Counted from the whole stretch's first letter, positions 12,786 to 24,878 are shown. The stretch is 63,687 bases of DNA, filler included, from Nemertoderma westbladi (GCA_032718475.1; 4 parts of 4 records of this genome joined end to end with filler, not necessarily neighbours in it); one strand, 5' to 3'. Program-made: numbers and translations. Notes: a model not told the origin generated them from the letters alone.

Positions 12786-13567
12786 TCGCACTTTATTTGT
12801 ACTGTACAAAAATCAATACTCATTCTAACACTATCACTAATAATAGTGGGCTATGGTAAAATTCCTCCTTCAATACTGTAGGTTACAGACTTATTTTTTC
12901 AATACCACTTCAATACCACACCTATCGTATACAGTAGGCTTGACAAGTCTACATCAGCACTGGTCTGGCGTTCTAACTTGCAAGTAGGCATCAGAGCTGG
13001 GATCTATACATGAGTAATCAGCATGCACACAGGAAAATTACTTCAGTCTGTTCCTATTGGTTGAATGGATTAAAACCATCCTCAGTAGTAAGAGTATAAC
13101 CTTTTCGGCGACAGTTGGACCTACTTCGCACCTTAGGTGTTAAGTAGGTCATTAATTAATTAAACAATTAATTAATTGGTTGATTAAACAATTAATTAAT
13201 TGTTTAATCGATCGATTTGTATCAAATAATGTTGCCAAAGGCAATTTAATTTGACACAAATCAATCAGATAGGGATGCACGATGAATAGATTGTACTACA
13301 GTAGATAAAATATACAATACAATAGGAACAATAATACAATATACAATACTTTTGTATTATTTTTGTCACACAATAGAATGATAGAATGAAATAAAAAGAT
13401 GCGAGCGGGACCCAAAACATAAATTACCCTTTCAGGAAAATAAAGTGGGCCAGTTTGGTCCTGGTTCAGTCCCTCAATAATCTGAGGCTGTTTGGGCTCT
13501 TATTAGACGTAGCATGGCATGGCTAATCCCATTGAATCCTATGTTGAGTTATACTGTATACCAACAT

Positions 13568-13845
13568 GGGGCTGCCACGAATTTTAAATTATTTAAACCT
13601 CCAGCTTCGTTATCATGTAGACCATTGTCAAATCGCCTGAGAAATTACAATAAACATCTGGTTTGCAATAGATTGCATTCTTTCACATTGTGTTGTGAAG
13701 CAGCCTGCGCGCCTGATCGCACGCTCCAAATATTAGCTCAGTTACAAAGCCAGTACCCAAAAACCATATGTTAAATTAATCCTCAACCGCCTCTACTACT
13801 GCAGTTTTATGTACTGCTTAATCCTTCACGTATGCCATGCCAAAA
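13568..13845 (+). repeat. Direct repeat copy 1, upstream of the GTSF1-like ORF
   Basis: GGGGCTGCCACGAATTTTAAATTATTTAAACCTCC...GCAATAGATTG is near-identical over about 108 bp to 14494-14601, then patchy to CCTTCACGTA. Confidence 0.95.
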
Positions 13846-13880
13846 ACTATGGCCTTGTTTGCAATGTTAAGGTGGACCTT

Positions 13881-13916
13881 TCTATATAAATAAAAATCAT
13901 GTAAAGTTAAATCATT
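13881..13916 (+). promoter_or_regulatory. TATA box and initiator-like TCATT upstream of the GTSF1-like ORF
   Basis: TCTATATAAA at 13881 and TCATT at 13912, at typical TATA-Inr spacing; the ATG is at 13996. Confidence 0.5.
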
Positions 13917-13995
13917 ATCTCTAAAAAATGTTACAGTGAAGTTTTCCAAAGTTTTCTTTTAAATTAAATCCTATTAAATTTGTCTTTTTGGCACT

Positions 13996-14259
13996 ATGGA
14001 TTATCTTATATGCCCATATGATGCTACACATAGGATTCTTTTAGATAAATATGTAAAACACATAAGAAAGTGTCGGAAGAACTTTCCCAGCGAAAAAATG
14101 GTACAGTGCCCATTTGAAAATACACACAGTTTCAGAGAAGCTGAAAGGGAACATCACTTAAAATTTTGCGAGTATAGAAACAGGAGTTCCCTTTTCGAGA
14201 ATTCGAAAGAAGAAGAGATTAAATGGCCAGCGGCATGGGGAGAAGAGGTGTGGGATTGA
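13996..14259 (+). CDS. GTSF1-like: Minimal GTSF1/Asterix-like protein (87 aa): two CHHC U11-48K zinc fingers and a C-terminal Trp motif
   Basis: C6-x5-H12-x9-H22-x3-C26 and C38-x5-H44-x9-H54-x3-C58, with GTSF1-typical CPYD..H, H..KCRKN and CPF. The tail W77-x8-W86-D87 has the spacing of the mouse GTSF1 WQCPPCDEDWD motif as I recall it. Intact from ATG to stop. Confidence 0.9.
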   Translation: MDYLICPYDATHRILLDKYVKHIRKCRKNFPSEKMVQCPFENTHSFREAEREHHLKFCEYRNRSSLFENSKEEEIKWPAAWGEEVWD

Positions 14260-14493
14260 CATGCAAACACACCAAGTGTCGTCTTGCACGCCATCGTCTT
14301 GGTAATGATGCGATTCTCCGTACCCTAAACTCATTAGTTTATGACAGAACTCGTATTATAAAAGAGAGGGAATTTTGATTTGGTGGCGGGATGCAATAAT
14401 TTTAACTTTATCATTCCTAATAGTGCAATATAGTCTGAAGTAACCCGGTTAGGGCAAAAACGTTCACTAATAAGAAGTGTTTTCATACAGCCA

Positions 14494-14735
14494 GGGGCTG
14501 CCACGAATTTTAAATTATTTAAACCTCCAGCTTTGTTATCATGTAGACCATTGTCAAATCGCCTGAGAAATTACAATAAACATCTGGTTTGCAATAGATT
14601 GGCTTCTTTCACATTGTACAGTACTTTATGAAGCAGCCCGCGCGCATGTTAAATTAATACCCAACCATTTCTATACTAGATACTATAGTTTTTGTTTGAA
14701 GTATTGCATAACCCCCTTCACGTATACAATGCCTA
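14494..14735 (+). repeat. Direct repeat copy 2, downstream of the GTSF1-like ORF
   Basis: Offset 926 bp from copy 1; contains AATAAA at 14575. Confidence 0.95.
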
Positions 14736-14769
14736 AAATATTTGTTCAGATACTGTAGTTTAACATTAA

Positions 14770-15005
14770 TTAACATACCCAATCTAACTTCAATCGCCTC
14801 ATATATTTCTTATATGGCTTCAATTTTTTAACAATCTTTCCATCAATATTTATATTCCCATAGAGTGTGTTCAGTGTAATATTAATGAGAAGTCGTGTTA
14901 ATTCGCTACTAGCTTTTTTTTTCGAATAAATGCTCCTCGCGCTAATGTGTTGCTATTTTTCAAAAATTATAGTTCTTTCCTATACTTTCGTATATTAAGT
15001 TCCAT
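14770..15005 (-). pseudogene. Polinton PW-like small basic protein, disrupted
   Basis: Manual translation: MELNIRKYRKEL*FLKNSNTLARGAFIRK/ASSELTRLLINITLNTLYGNINIDGKIVKKLKPYKKYMRRL. This resembles the LN.L.GN.P/I...KKL..YK..R.L pattern of the small Maverick protein that follows the ATPase. One stop and one frameshift. Confidence 0.6.
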
Positions 15006-15106
15006 ACTTGTTCTATAATATTAAGAAATTTAAGAAACCTTTGTCGATGATAAACCACAAATAAGTATAATATAACTAAATAACAGACAATTGCTAATAG
15101 AAGCAT
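14960..15106 (-). CDS. Small single-transmembrane ORF between the ATPase and the PW-like gene
   Basis: MLLLAIVCYLVILYLFVVYHRQRFLKF...; it overlaps both neighbours in compact viral style. Confidence 0.35.
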   Translation of the reverse strand: MLLLAIVCYLVILYLFVVYHRQRFLKFLNIIEQVWNLIYESIGKNYNF

Positions 15107-15575
15107 TCTTCTATGTATATTACGACACGGGTTGATAAACACAATGTTTCCTTTGTAAATAAATACCCACGTATACGTAGGCTATCATCCGTTAATTGAT
15201 GAAAATCAATAAGAAGTGGGTTAAAGGGAACCTTTGTTGCGTCTTGAAATGCCGCAATTAAGAATTTGGGGGTATTTGGTTTCATCTGATAGGCTAAAGT
15301 TCTTATCTGTGTCTGATCGATCCATTGGATTTTTGAACAATAAGAAATAAGTGGAATTAATGGAACGGGTTCTAGATTCTCCTCCTTTTTGATAAAGGTT
15401 TTGAGTGAGAAAAATTACCAATGAATTTGTATGTCGAGCTACTTTAGTAAAACGTTCCAAACAAGCGACTACGCTCGCTTGTTTGGAATTTTGTAGTTCT
15501 GTCATCAAATCGTCGATTATAATGATAGAATGGTTTTTCGCATTTTCATTAAAGTGTTCTGGAATTTCATTTAAA
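15094..15575 (-). pseudogene. A32/FtsK-like DNA packaging ATPase, C-terminal half
   Basis: Walker B IIIIDDLM, FTKVARH, IFLTQNLY, RTRSINSTYFLLFKNP.D, then after a frameshift AFQDATKVPFNPLLIDF...LRIR. Walker A is absent. Confidence 0.9.
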
Positions 15576-16975
15576 GTGGTAATATCAACACCGGTAACCG
15601 AAAGAAAGAAACTGTCGGTGTCCCCGGCTAGGGCACGAATTTCACATCTCAGCTTTTTTTCAAGAGGTTTCAGTTTACAGTAATAGTAATCATACATCTC
15701 TAGCTTTGAAAGATCTAAGATGGTTGCCCCAATAAATACAGCTTGATTGAGTACTGCTACTTCTTTAGTAAAAGTGTGACCACTGAGATAGGGGGAGAAC
15801 GAGATGAAGCGTTCATGATTTTGGTTTTGATAATAGCAGGTCACACTGTTCTGGAGATACAGAGTCGGAATGATAACCGGTCTCACACCTTCTGAAGACT
15901 TTTCCCATAGAGAGAGTTGTTGAGTAGTTTATAAAATAAAACTTTGAATGCATTTTTAGCAGATTGTCGTTTGGATGTATTAAACGAGATATAGTCTCTG
16001 AATATGTATTTTTGAGTGAAGGAGTATACTTTATGCACCTGTGTTATTTGAAGTCCTAATTTTAAGTATAATTGGAGTAATTTTATATGAATACCATAAT
16101 TAGTTTTTTTGAATTGATGAAGAATCAGTTTACTATATTTCTCATTATATTGCTTATAAGTCCCTTGATCATTGAGATTGTAATGTTGCCAGAGGTCTTG
16201 CATGTATGTACTGAGGAAGCTCTTGGGAATGGACATTTTTTCCTCTCCTAGTGGTAGGTCAGCAGTTTCGTCGTGGATCTCTCGGGGGTATTCGAGGTCA
16301 ACTATGCAGTAATATCCTACTGACAGATCTATTGGTGTATCGACGATTTTCATATTACTGCAGGGGAGCTTCTGAGAGAGAGCAGAACCATAAAGGTTAT
16401 TCGCATCGAGAGGAATTAGGTATTTTTCTGGTTTACAGGGGTTGTATTCTGGTTTGCCAGGTATATTAGCTTCCTCTAAGTGTGTATTCAGAAATACAAG
16501 CCCTCCGCGAATATTATTTTCAAAATCTGCGTAAATAGTTCCATCAGATAGTAGTTCAATTTCACTGTTGGTAAATTCCAACGCCGCATCGTACGTTAAG
16601 CCCGATGAAGTATAATAATGCAGAGGATCTAAGCCATAATTGGAGAAACATAGTTCCCTAAACTGTTGGAAAGTATCCGCGAGAAGTGTAACATCTAGAG
16701 CCAAATATCCCATCATATAATCAAATATGGTTTGACATTGAAGCTCAACCCAACTAGTTTGGGCACGCTGATATTATGCTCGCTGCAGTCTTCAAGCTGT
16801 AAATCATTATAGAAACTCTCGATTGGTGGTAATCGTGTTTCGTATAAGTTTGTTATGGATTGTATATAGCTATAAGGAAATATACCTTTATTTTTAATAG
16901 TGGAATCGCTAATATTGGGATAAAGATTTTTCATTTGTTTCAAAGTGTGTGGGATAGCTTTAGTTAGATCAGAAT
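15576..16975 (-). pseudogene. Protein-primed family B DNA polymerase (pPolB), frameshifted and truncated
   Basis: KGIFPYSY, DVTLLADTF, YGLDPLHYYT, IRGG, motif A DANNLYG, motif B KLLNNSLYGK and motif C GDTDS, spread over three frames. Confidence 0.95.
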
Positions 16976-19273
16976 TGTTTGCAGTAAGAGGAGGAGGAAT
17001 AGGAGACTAAGAAGAGGAGGATAAACTAAGAAGAGGATAAACTTTCTTCTATTTTTGCAACAGTTATTAATATAGCTGCGATTGGTTTAACATTTTTAAT
17101 TAAGTTGTGATCCTAAGCGATCTATATAAATGGTTAAATTGTATCAATAAGAGTTCATTTTGAAAACATTAAACTTTCTATATTAGTGATACCGGTAGTA
17201 TATTTTATTTATTTATATTGTAATTAATATTACAATTAATATTTATTGTTTTAATTATTTGTCTAATATTGAATAAAGTATTGTTCATTGTGTATGGTGA
17301 AACATCTAAACTAAATTATTTACAACACTTAAAGACATATTTCATTAGTTATACATGCATTATTTCATCATCAGATGGAGAGATATTCAGATGTAAAAAA
17401 AGAATAACAGCCTGTAAAGAAATTATATTGTTTTTATAACCAGACAAGTCCAGCTGCAACATTTAATATTTATTATGAGATTATTTATATAACAATTATC
17501 AGTTATCTGAATTCCCAGACTGATTTAAATGTTGGATTGGTGAAAATATTAAACTTTATATTTTGATTTGGAAAAATTATTGAATTGTCCAGTTTGCAAA
17601 TGTGTACAAATAAAAAAGAATTATTTATGTCGTCTGAAAATACATTTCATAGCTTATATATGCAAATGTTACAAAACAATAACAGCTGTACAACTGTAAG
17701 GAAATTAAATATTGTTTGTATAAACAGATATGTCCTAACTGTATAATGTTTACTAGAAGATTATTTACATCACGATTGTTATCTGAAATATTATTACATA
17801 AAAAAAGCAGAAATCAAGGCCAAACCATACTGTCGGTATAGAAAACTGAATAATTAGTATTATTCCGAATAGGAAATCTATATGATACTTGTGTGAGAAT
17901 GCAGTTTGTTATTTATTGTGTTTTCATTGTCAGACTTCAACATCAAAAATAACTACATCCACATGTCACCGATATTGAAATAGAGTTTTGTTGTTTGCTA
18001 ACTGATATGCCCGGGCTGCAGCCCTGGGATTGGTTAATGAGCTATTATTTGATTGGACGTTGAAATCATTAAGGAATGGAAAGAGGGGTCGAACTACTAG
18101 TGTTAAAGGTTTATACTCAGTTGGCAGGCAGGTATAGAAAGTGTTCCAAACGGCTGTAAGGAATGGAGAAATTGGGTGAAATCATGTAAGGATTATCTGC
18201 CTAGTAAACGGTTCATTCATTGTCAGGTGAATGAAAAAAATCTATACGAATAGCAGTCAGTATACCTACATATATTTAGAGTGGAAATAATGTTGTATAA
18301 GGAATCGTTTTACACACCATTTTCTCCTTGATTTTTCCGATCGAATAGATTATAATAATAAAGTTTTACTGGTAGTATTTAATATTACAATTCATTCATT
18401 TTAAATTCATATTTAAAAGCATTTCGCAATATTATGTAAACATAAAAGCTCAAATGAAATAAAATCTTAATTTTTGTAATGTCACTAATAATGTAATGTC
18501 AATGAAACTACACATTGAGATGCTAAGCCAGCTTAACAAAAACATTTTGTCACCATCATGTAATCCATAATTGTCAAGCGTAATGCAGCGTGCATCAAGA
18601 ATGCTAGGGCGGCTTATCAACAAAGATGCACTGCTCAGCCCTGTATAAACAATAGTCCATGGGCCAGCGAGCATAGGGGATACTTTTTGGTAACCACCCG
18701 GAACTTATATTTTTGGGAAGACCTAGCTTCTGGCCATTTATTTTGATATGATAACAAATCTAAATCGGTAGCTGACTTGGTGTTATCACCGGTTGTCATG
18801 GAAATGGCAAAATAACAAACATGCTGTAGTAGTTTAAGAACCCAATATAAATTATTCGCGTCTTCTGAAAAAGATAGCTACTGGTCTAACAATTCTAAAT
18901 GTGTCATACAATTCTGGAATATAATTATTGTTGCCATAGGAGCGCTGCTAAATTAAAACTGGCATGTTTTAGAAAAATAGCTACCATTTTAGAACAATAT
19001 AATTATTTTAAAAACTAATTGCCACATGTTGTTGAATACTAGTTTTGGAAAATTTTGGTATACTGAGAGCGAAACTTGTTTTGTTATAACGGTTATATAT
19101 GGTACCAAAGTTATACCCATGTATGAAATCTTTTTCTTTATCAACATTTTAATCTCATTTCACTCTGTTTCAAAATTATGACAAAATATTTAGGTCAATG
19201 AAAAGCAATCAATCATAATGTCACTACAATACAATACTTTAAAATAACAAGTGACATCTAAATAGTATTTCAG

Positions 19274-19467
19274 ACACCACTCCTTCACAGGTTACCATGA
19301 CAACAGATGCAATTAAAGATGACGCAGATGCACACTATCAAACATATTACTTGACACCTACCACAAAAGAAGGTTAGTATTAACTTTAGCATATATATTT
19401 ATCATCATTGTTCCTAGATGATTTCTGTAAAGATGATTCCCTCTATAATGACATTTTTGAATACTAA
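19274..19467 (+). other. Possible last two coding exons of an unidentified gene (19274-19372 and 19418-19467)
   Basis: tttcag acceptor, 99-bp phase-1 exon, gttagt donor, 45-bp intron, ttcctag acceptor, in-frame DDFCKDDSLYNDIFEY* and AATAAA at 19481. No homology recognised. Confidence 0.35.
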
Positions 19468-20306
19468 ATCCACTTTATTTAATAAATACTTAATTAGGTA
19501 TGTAAGTATTCTTAGTTGGTATGATGTCATAAGAGGAAATGGAGTATTCATAGTCCAGGGATGTACTCTGTGATATATTTTTGGTAGATCCTAAACAAAA
19601 CATTTTAATTGTAGTTATACAATATATTATTTCAAAAAATAATATTTTAAATGAAATCATGGATCACAGCGTAAGACAATATATTCTTCAGCAAATTGTA
19701 ATTTAAAAGGGGAATGCTTATTCCAATTAGCCAATAATAATTAATTGCTTATTCTTTAATCTACGTTGACTGACTATACATACACTATATATATCCTATA
19801 CTCTTATTTTTTCCACGAGAGTTAAACAAATAACAAACAAAATTGTTCTAGAACACTTTTTTGTGTATAAAATAAACAACAACATAACAGTTTATAAGAA
19901 ATTACCGAGAATCTGAAAGTCTCATAGAACATCAACTTGAAACCGATTAACGCCCCAATCCCCACATATTTGTACCATTATGTTGTTTTCATATCTGCAT
20001 AAGGTCGAAATATAAGATGGACACCGAAATTCGGCATTCTAAAACATTAACACGCAGTATCCATGGACACGGTCGCAATCCAAAACAAATTACAATCCGA
20101 AAACTAAATAATAACATAATAGCGTTGGTTCCATCTCATTGGCTCCAACAGTACCAACAGTCCATAAATTACAATAGGGCACTAAGGGTAGGGTTTATAT
20201 TACAATACGTTATTCTACTTGGAGATGAGATCCACACTTTTGATAAACCTGGTAGTTCAGGGCATCACACAACGCAACAAGTAACAACACTGTTATGTCT
20301 TTATCT

Positions 20307-20406
20307 NNNNNNNNNNNNNNNNNNNNNNNNNNNNNNNNNNNNNNNNNNNNTTAATTAATTAANNNNNNNNNNNNNNNNNNNNNNNNNNNNNNNNNNNNNN
20401 NNNNNN
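20307..20406. other. Assembly gap with synthetic linker
   Basis: 44 N + TTAATTAATTAA + 44 N; identical structure at 38992 and 58830. Confidence 0.98.
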
Positions 20407-20649
20407 ACTTAATTAACTAATTAACTGCTATTATCTTAGCTTCTCGAAGGCCACACGGAAATTCTACTTGGAAAATTTCTAAACTTTTGCCAAACAACAT
20501 GTGTACCAAGTTTGGATAGATTTCATCAAAGATTGGCCGAGTTATTAACGTTTAAAATTGAACACGACAGAACGACAGAACGACAGAACGACAGGTTGAT
20601 TAATGGTACCACTACGCTAAGGCTCACTCACTTCGTGGCTCGCCCCACA
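20407..20649 (+). mobile_element. Helitron/Helentron-like (DINE-1-like) non-autonomous element, 3' part
   Basis: Near-identical to 42928-43170; has TGTACCAAGTTTGG...TTTCATCAAAGATTGG, a (CGACAGAA)n microsatellite and a GC-rich 3' end. Confidence 0.6.
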
Positions 20650-21300
20650 TGGTGGGCCTTCACATTTATCATTATATTGGAATAAATACATCGTTAGTGA
20701 TACTGATACCAGTATTTCTGATGAGGTATTTCGAGAAAAATTACCTCAATGAAGAATAACAATAAGGCCTACTTGTATTTTAAAAATATTATTTATAGTT
20801 TGTTCAGATTTGATTTGTAGATAATAATTTCCACTAGAATTAAAGGAAATTCTTGCGAAAAGTTACGACGAGGAATACATGCGTGATTGTCTAACATTAC
20901 ACTAAGGTAAATTTATTCCAATGTTAGTCAAATAAAGTATTTTCTGTATTTTTTAAGATAAACTACTGTATTTATGTGTTATGAATAAGGTCCTATTGAG
21001 AATGAGTTGTATTTTATGCTAATCTATATAATTTGCTGCATATCTAATTGATAAGTAAGTACTATATTGGCAAATAGAAATAGAAATAGTAATGGTAATA
21101 ATGTATTGTATTACCCAACAACAAAAGTATTTAAGGCGAATTCACAACCAGGAACCCATTAATGTTTTCGGTCTCTGCGTAAACATGCCATCTGGTGCAG
21201 ACTTCTTATAATAACAAATAATGCCATAAATATACCAACACTACTAGGGTCGTTTCTATAACCACATTATTATTGGTATATGTCATAAGATACTGCCTAA

Positions 21301-21734
21301 GGGGCCGTCCAAGTATGACGTCAGCACTTTAGGGGGGGGAGGGGGGTTGGGAAAATCTGATGACGTGCTGATGAGGGGAGGGGAGGGGGTCAGCCAAAAT
21401 CTGACGTCAGCAAGTTCATTTATAAGTGCTAGAAGAGATATAGCAGAAGAGTAAATAGCTTGCCTATTTTAATTGTTCGAAGCCCCCGAAGGCCCGTAGC
21501 ACGACCTTCTGTTTCAGTTACCAGTCACCATGTTTCAATGATTAGGACGATTTGAATGATTTAGAAGTGATTATAAATAATCTTCATAATATAATAGTTT
21601 ATTACAAATTTTTTTTTAAATCTGATTTAGGGGGGGGGGGGGGGGGTCTACGCCTATCTGATGACATCTGATTTAGGGGAGGGAGGGGGTCAACATTTTG
21701 GGGAAAAGTGCAGACGTCATACTTGGACGGCCCC
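21301..21734. mobile_element. PIF/Harbinger-type MITE
   Basis: TIRs GGGGCCGTCCAAGTATGACGTC / GACGTCATACTTGGACGGCCCC with TAA on both sides. Confidence 0.92.
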
Positions 21735-23044
21735 TAATACAAGGGTAGGAAATTATAAAGCCAAGAGAGCCAACTTCTACTGCAAGATGTTAGGTTATAT
21801 GCCAACACAATACCGTAGTTACCTTCACAATTACTAAACATATGGTGCTAAGGATACCAGCACAACTACACTGCAGCGCTACTACCTTCCTCTAACGACC
21901 CAATAATCAATGAAATATTATGCAGTCTAAAACTTTACAAAGTTGCAGACAATTTACAAAAGCAACTGAATACTCATATCAAATACGCATATCAAATAAA
22001 TATCTTATATAGATAAATATAATATAACATAACAAAATCTTTTATAATTTTACTGTATAATGTTTCTACATTCAGTAAGTATTGTATGTATAGATAGAAT
22101 CTATGCAAACGCAGTTCATTATACATTACAGTAGTTCAGTTGTACTATTTCGATATGTCAGCATGTCCCGTCAATCGGCATACTATACTTACTTACTTAC
22201 TCTTAGAATAACTAATTACTACCAATGATCTCCTCCGTAATAGGGATTTCACGCTGAAATCCATGTGGTTGCTAGGAAACCCAAGGATCATGCCTGATTC
22301 TACCTGCGTCAACCAATAAGCAACAGCTCATCCTGTTCCTCCTGCTGACACTACTGTACTGTACGCAGTCCCCCCGCCTACGCGTGTACTTAATTATTGA
22401 GCGGAACCATTAATATCGAATTCAGCACACGGGCATGCCCAACTTCGGTCCCATACATCCTAAATTACCATTTGGAAATTAAAAATGCAAATTTTGGTCA
22501 CACATATAAAAAATTTGTGTCAAAAATTCATGAAAGTAACCTATCTGTTACCCAGTAACTGTTTGTCCTTTCTGCTATAAAAGCAAGTACTAGAATGTAG
22601 AGTACTAACAATTTTATTTTCAATTTTTTTTTCATGGCTACGAAACTATGTAGTCTATTTCCAAAATGATTTTGAACTTTAACCGAATTAATACCAACCG
22701 CTTCCGTTTCCCAAGCGACGCGAGCTGGCCATTTCTTTAATCGGGCATGTGAATGAAATATAATATGATACAAATATTCTATTTATTTTGTGAGCTAATA
22801 TAAAACCAATATGTAATGACCATAGATGAGCAATAATCCCGGATACAATATTGATAGTAAGAGTGGAGTGAAATATGGTGTGATGGAATGATTAGTACGA
22901 AAGATGAGCCTTCTAGCTATGCAATAGGAAGCGGGAAGATCGTCACTCACTATTAGGTGCCCTATGTTCCTCCGTGTAACAAACCTCACGGATTAGCAAA
23001 GTTTAAAGTCCTACTTTACAGATACAACTTCGTCACAAGAATCT

Positions 23045-24878
23045 TCTCATTTGGACCTTCACCTCATTCGGACCTTCGCCTCATTCAGACCTTCGCCACA
23101 TTCAGACCTTTTACCTCATTTGGACTTTTGCTTCATTTGGACCTTCGCCTCATTCAGACCTTCGCCTCATTCAGACCTTTGCCTCTTTCAAACGACCTTC
23201 GCCTCATTTGGAACTTTGCCTCATTCAGACCTTCGCCTCATTCGGACCTTCGCCACATTCGGACCTTCGCCACATTCAGACCTTTTACCTCATTTGGACT
23301 TTTGCTTCATTTGGACCTTCGCCTCATTCGGACCTTCGCCACATTCAGACCTTTTACCTCATTTGGACTTTTGCTTCATTTGGACCTTCGCCTCATTCGG
23401 ACCTTCGCCTCATTCAGACCTTTGCCTCTTTCAAACGACCTTCGCCTCATTTGGAACTTTGCCTCATTCAGACCTTCGCCTCATTCGGACCTTCGCTTCA
23501 TTCAGACCTTCACCTCATTCGGAACTTCGCCTCATTCAGACCTTCGCCACATTCGGACCTTCGCCACATTCAGACCTTTTACCTCATTCGGCCCTTCACC
23601 TCATTTGGCCCTTCGCCTCATTCGGACATTCGCCTCATTCGGACCTTCACCTCATTTGGACTTTCGCCTCATTTGGACCTTTGCCTCATTTGGACCTTCG
23701 CCTCATTCGGACCTTCACCTCATTCGGACCTTCGCCTCATTCAGAACTTTGCATCTTTCGGACCTTCGCCTCATTCGGACCTTCACATCATTCGGAACTT
23801 CACCTCATTCGGAACTTCGCCTCATTCAGACCTTCGCCTCATTCGGACCTTCGCCTCATTCAGACCTTTGCCTCTTTCAAACGACCTTCGCCTCATTTGG
23901 AACTTTGCCTCATTCAGACCTTCGCCTCATTCGGACCTTCGCCTCATTCAGACCTTTGCATCTTTCGGACCTTCGCCTCATTCGGACCTTCACATCATTC
24001 GGAACTTCACCTCATTCAGACCTTCTCTTCATTCGGCCCTTCACCTCATTCGGAACTTCGCCTCATTCGGCACTTCATCTCATTCGGACCTTCGCCTCAT
24101 TCAGACCTTTGCATCTTTCGGACCTTCGCCTCATTCGGACCTTCACATCATTCGGAACTTCACCTCATTCAGACCTTCGCCTCATTCAGACCTTCGCTTC
24201 ATTCGGCCCTTCACCTCATTCGGAACTTCGCCTCATTCGGCACTTCATCTCATTCGGACCTTCGCCTCATTCAGACCTTTGCATCTTTCGGACCTTCGCC
24301 TCATTCGGACCTTCACATCATTCGGAACTTCACCTCATTCAGACCTTCGCCTCATTCAGACCTTCGCCTCATTCAGACCTTCGCTTCATTCGGCCCTTCA
24401 CCTCATTCGGAACTTCGCCTCATTCAAACCTTTGCCTCATTCAAACCTTTGCCTCATTTGGATCTTCGCCTCATTCAGACCTTCGCCTCATTTGGACCTT
24501 CACCTCATTCGGACCTTCGCCTCATTCGGACCTTCACATCATTCGGAACTTCACCTCATTCAGACCTTCGCCTCATTCAGACCTTCGCCTCATTCAGACC
24601 TTCGCTTCATTCGGCCCTTCACCTCATTCGGAACTTCGCCTCATTCAAACCTTTGCCTCATTCAAACCTTTGCCTCATTTGGATCTTCGCCTCATTCAGA
24701 CCTTCGCCTCATTCAGACCTTCACCTCATTCGGAACTTCACCTCATTTGGACCTTCGCCTCATTCGGACCTTCGCCTCATTCGGACCTTTCCTTTATTCG
24801 GACCTTAGCCTCATTCGGACCTTTGCCTCATATTTGGACTTTTGCCTCATTCGGACATTCGCCACATTCGGACCTTGG
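23045..24878 (+). repeat. 17-bp minisatellite (GGACCTTCGCCTCATTC) with internal block duplications
   Basis: Roughly 100 contiguous variant units; the three long ORFs here are by-products of a stop-free unit. Confidence 0.97.

Larger units (their letters stand above)
14770..16980 (-). mobile_element. Decayed Polinton/Maverick (adintovirus-like) segment
   Basis: Co-oriented remnants of pPolB, an A32-like packaging ATPase, a small hydrophobic ORF and a PW-like gene. No TIR, integrase or capsid gene was recognised. Confidence 0.92.

Noticed and set aside
13514-13774. 86-aa ORF upstream of the GTSF1-like gene
   Set aside because: It lies in the direct repeat, its start is not kept in the second copy, and it has no recognisable domain.
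20351-20362. TTAATTAATTAA between N runs (also 39036 and 58874) as a biological motif
   Set aside because: The identical 44N-12-44N layout at all three gaps marks a synthetic linker, so adjacency across gaps is unreliable.
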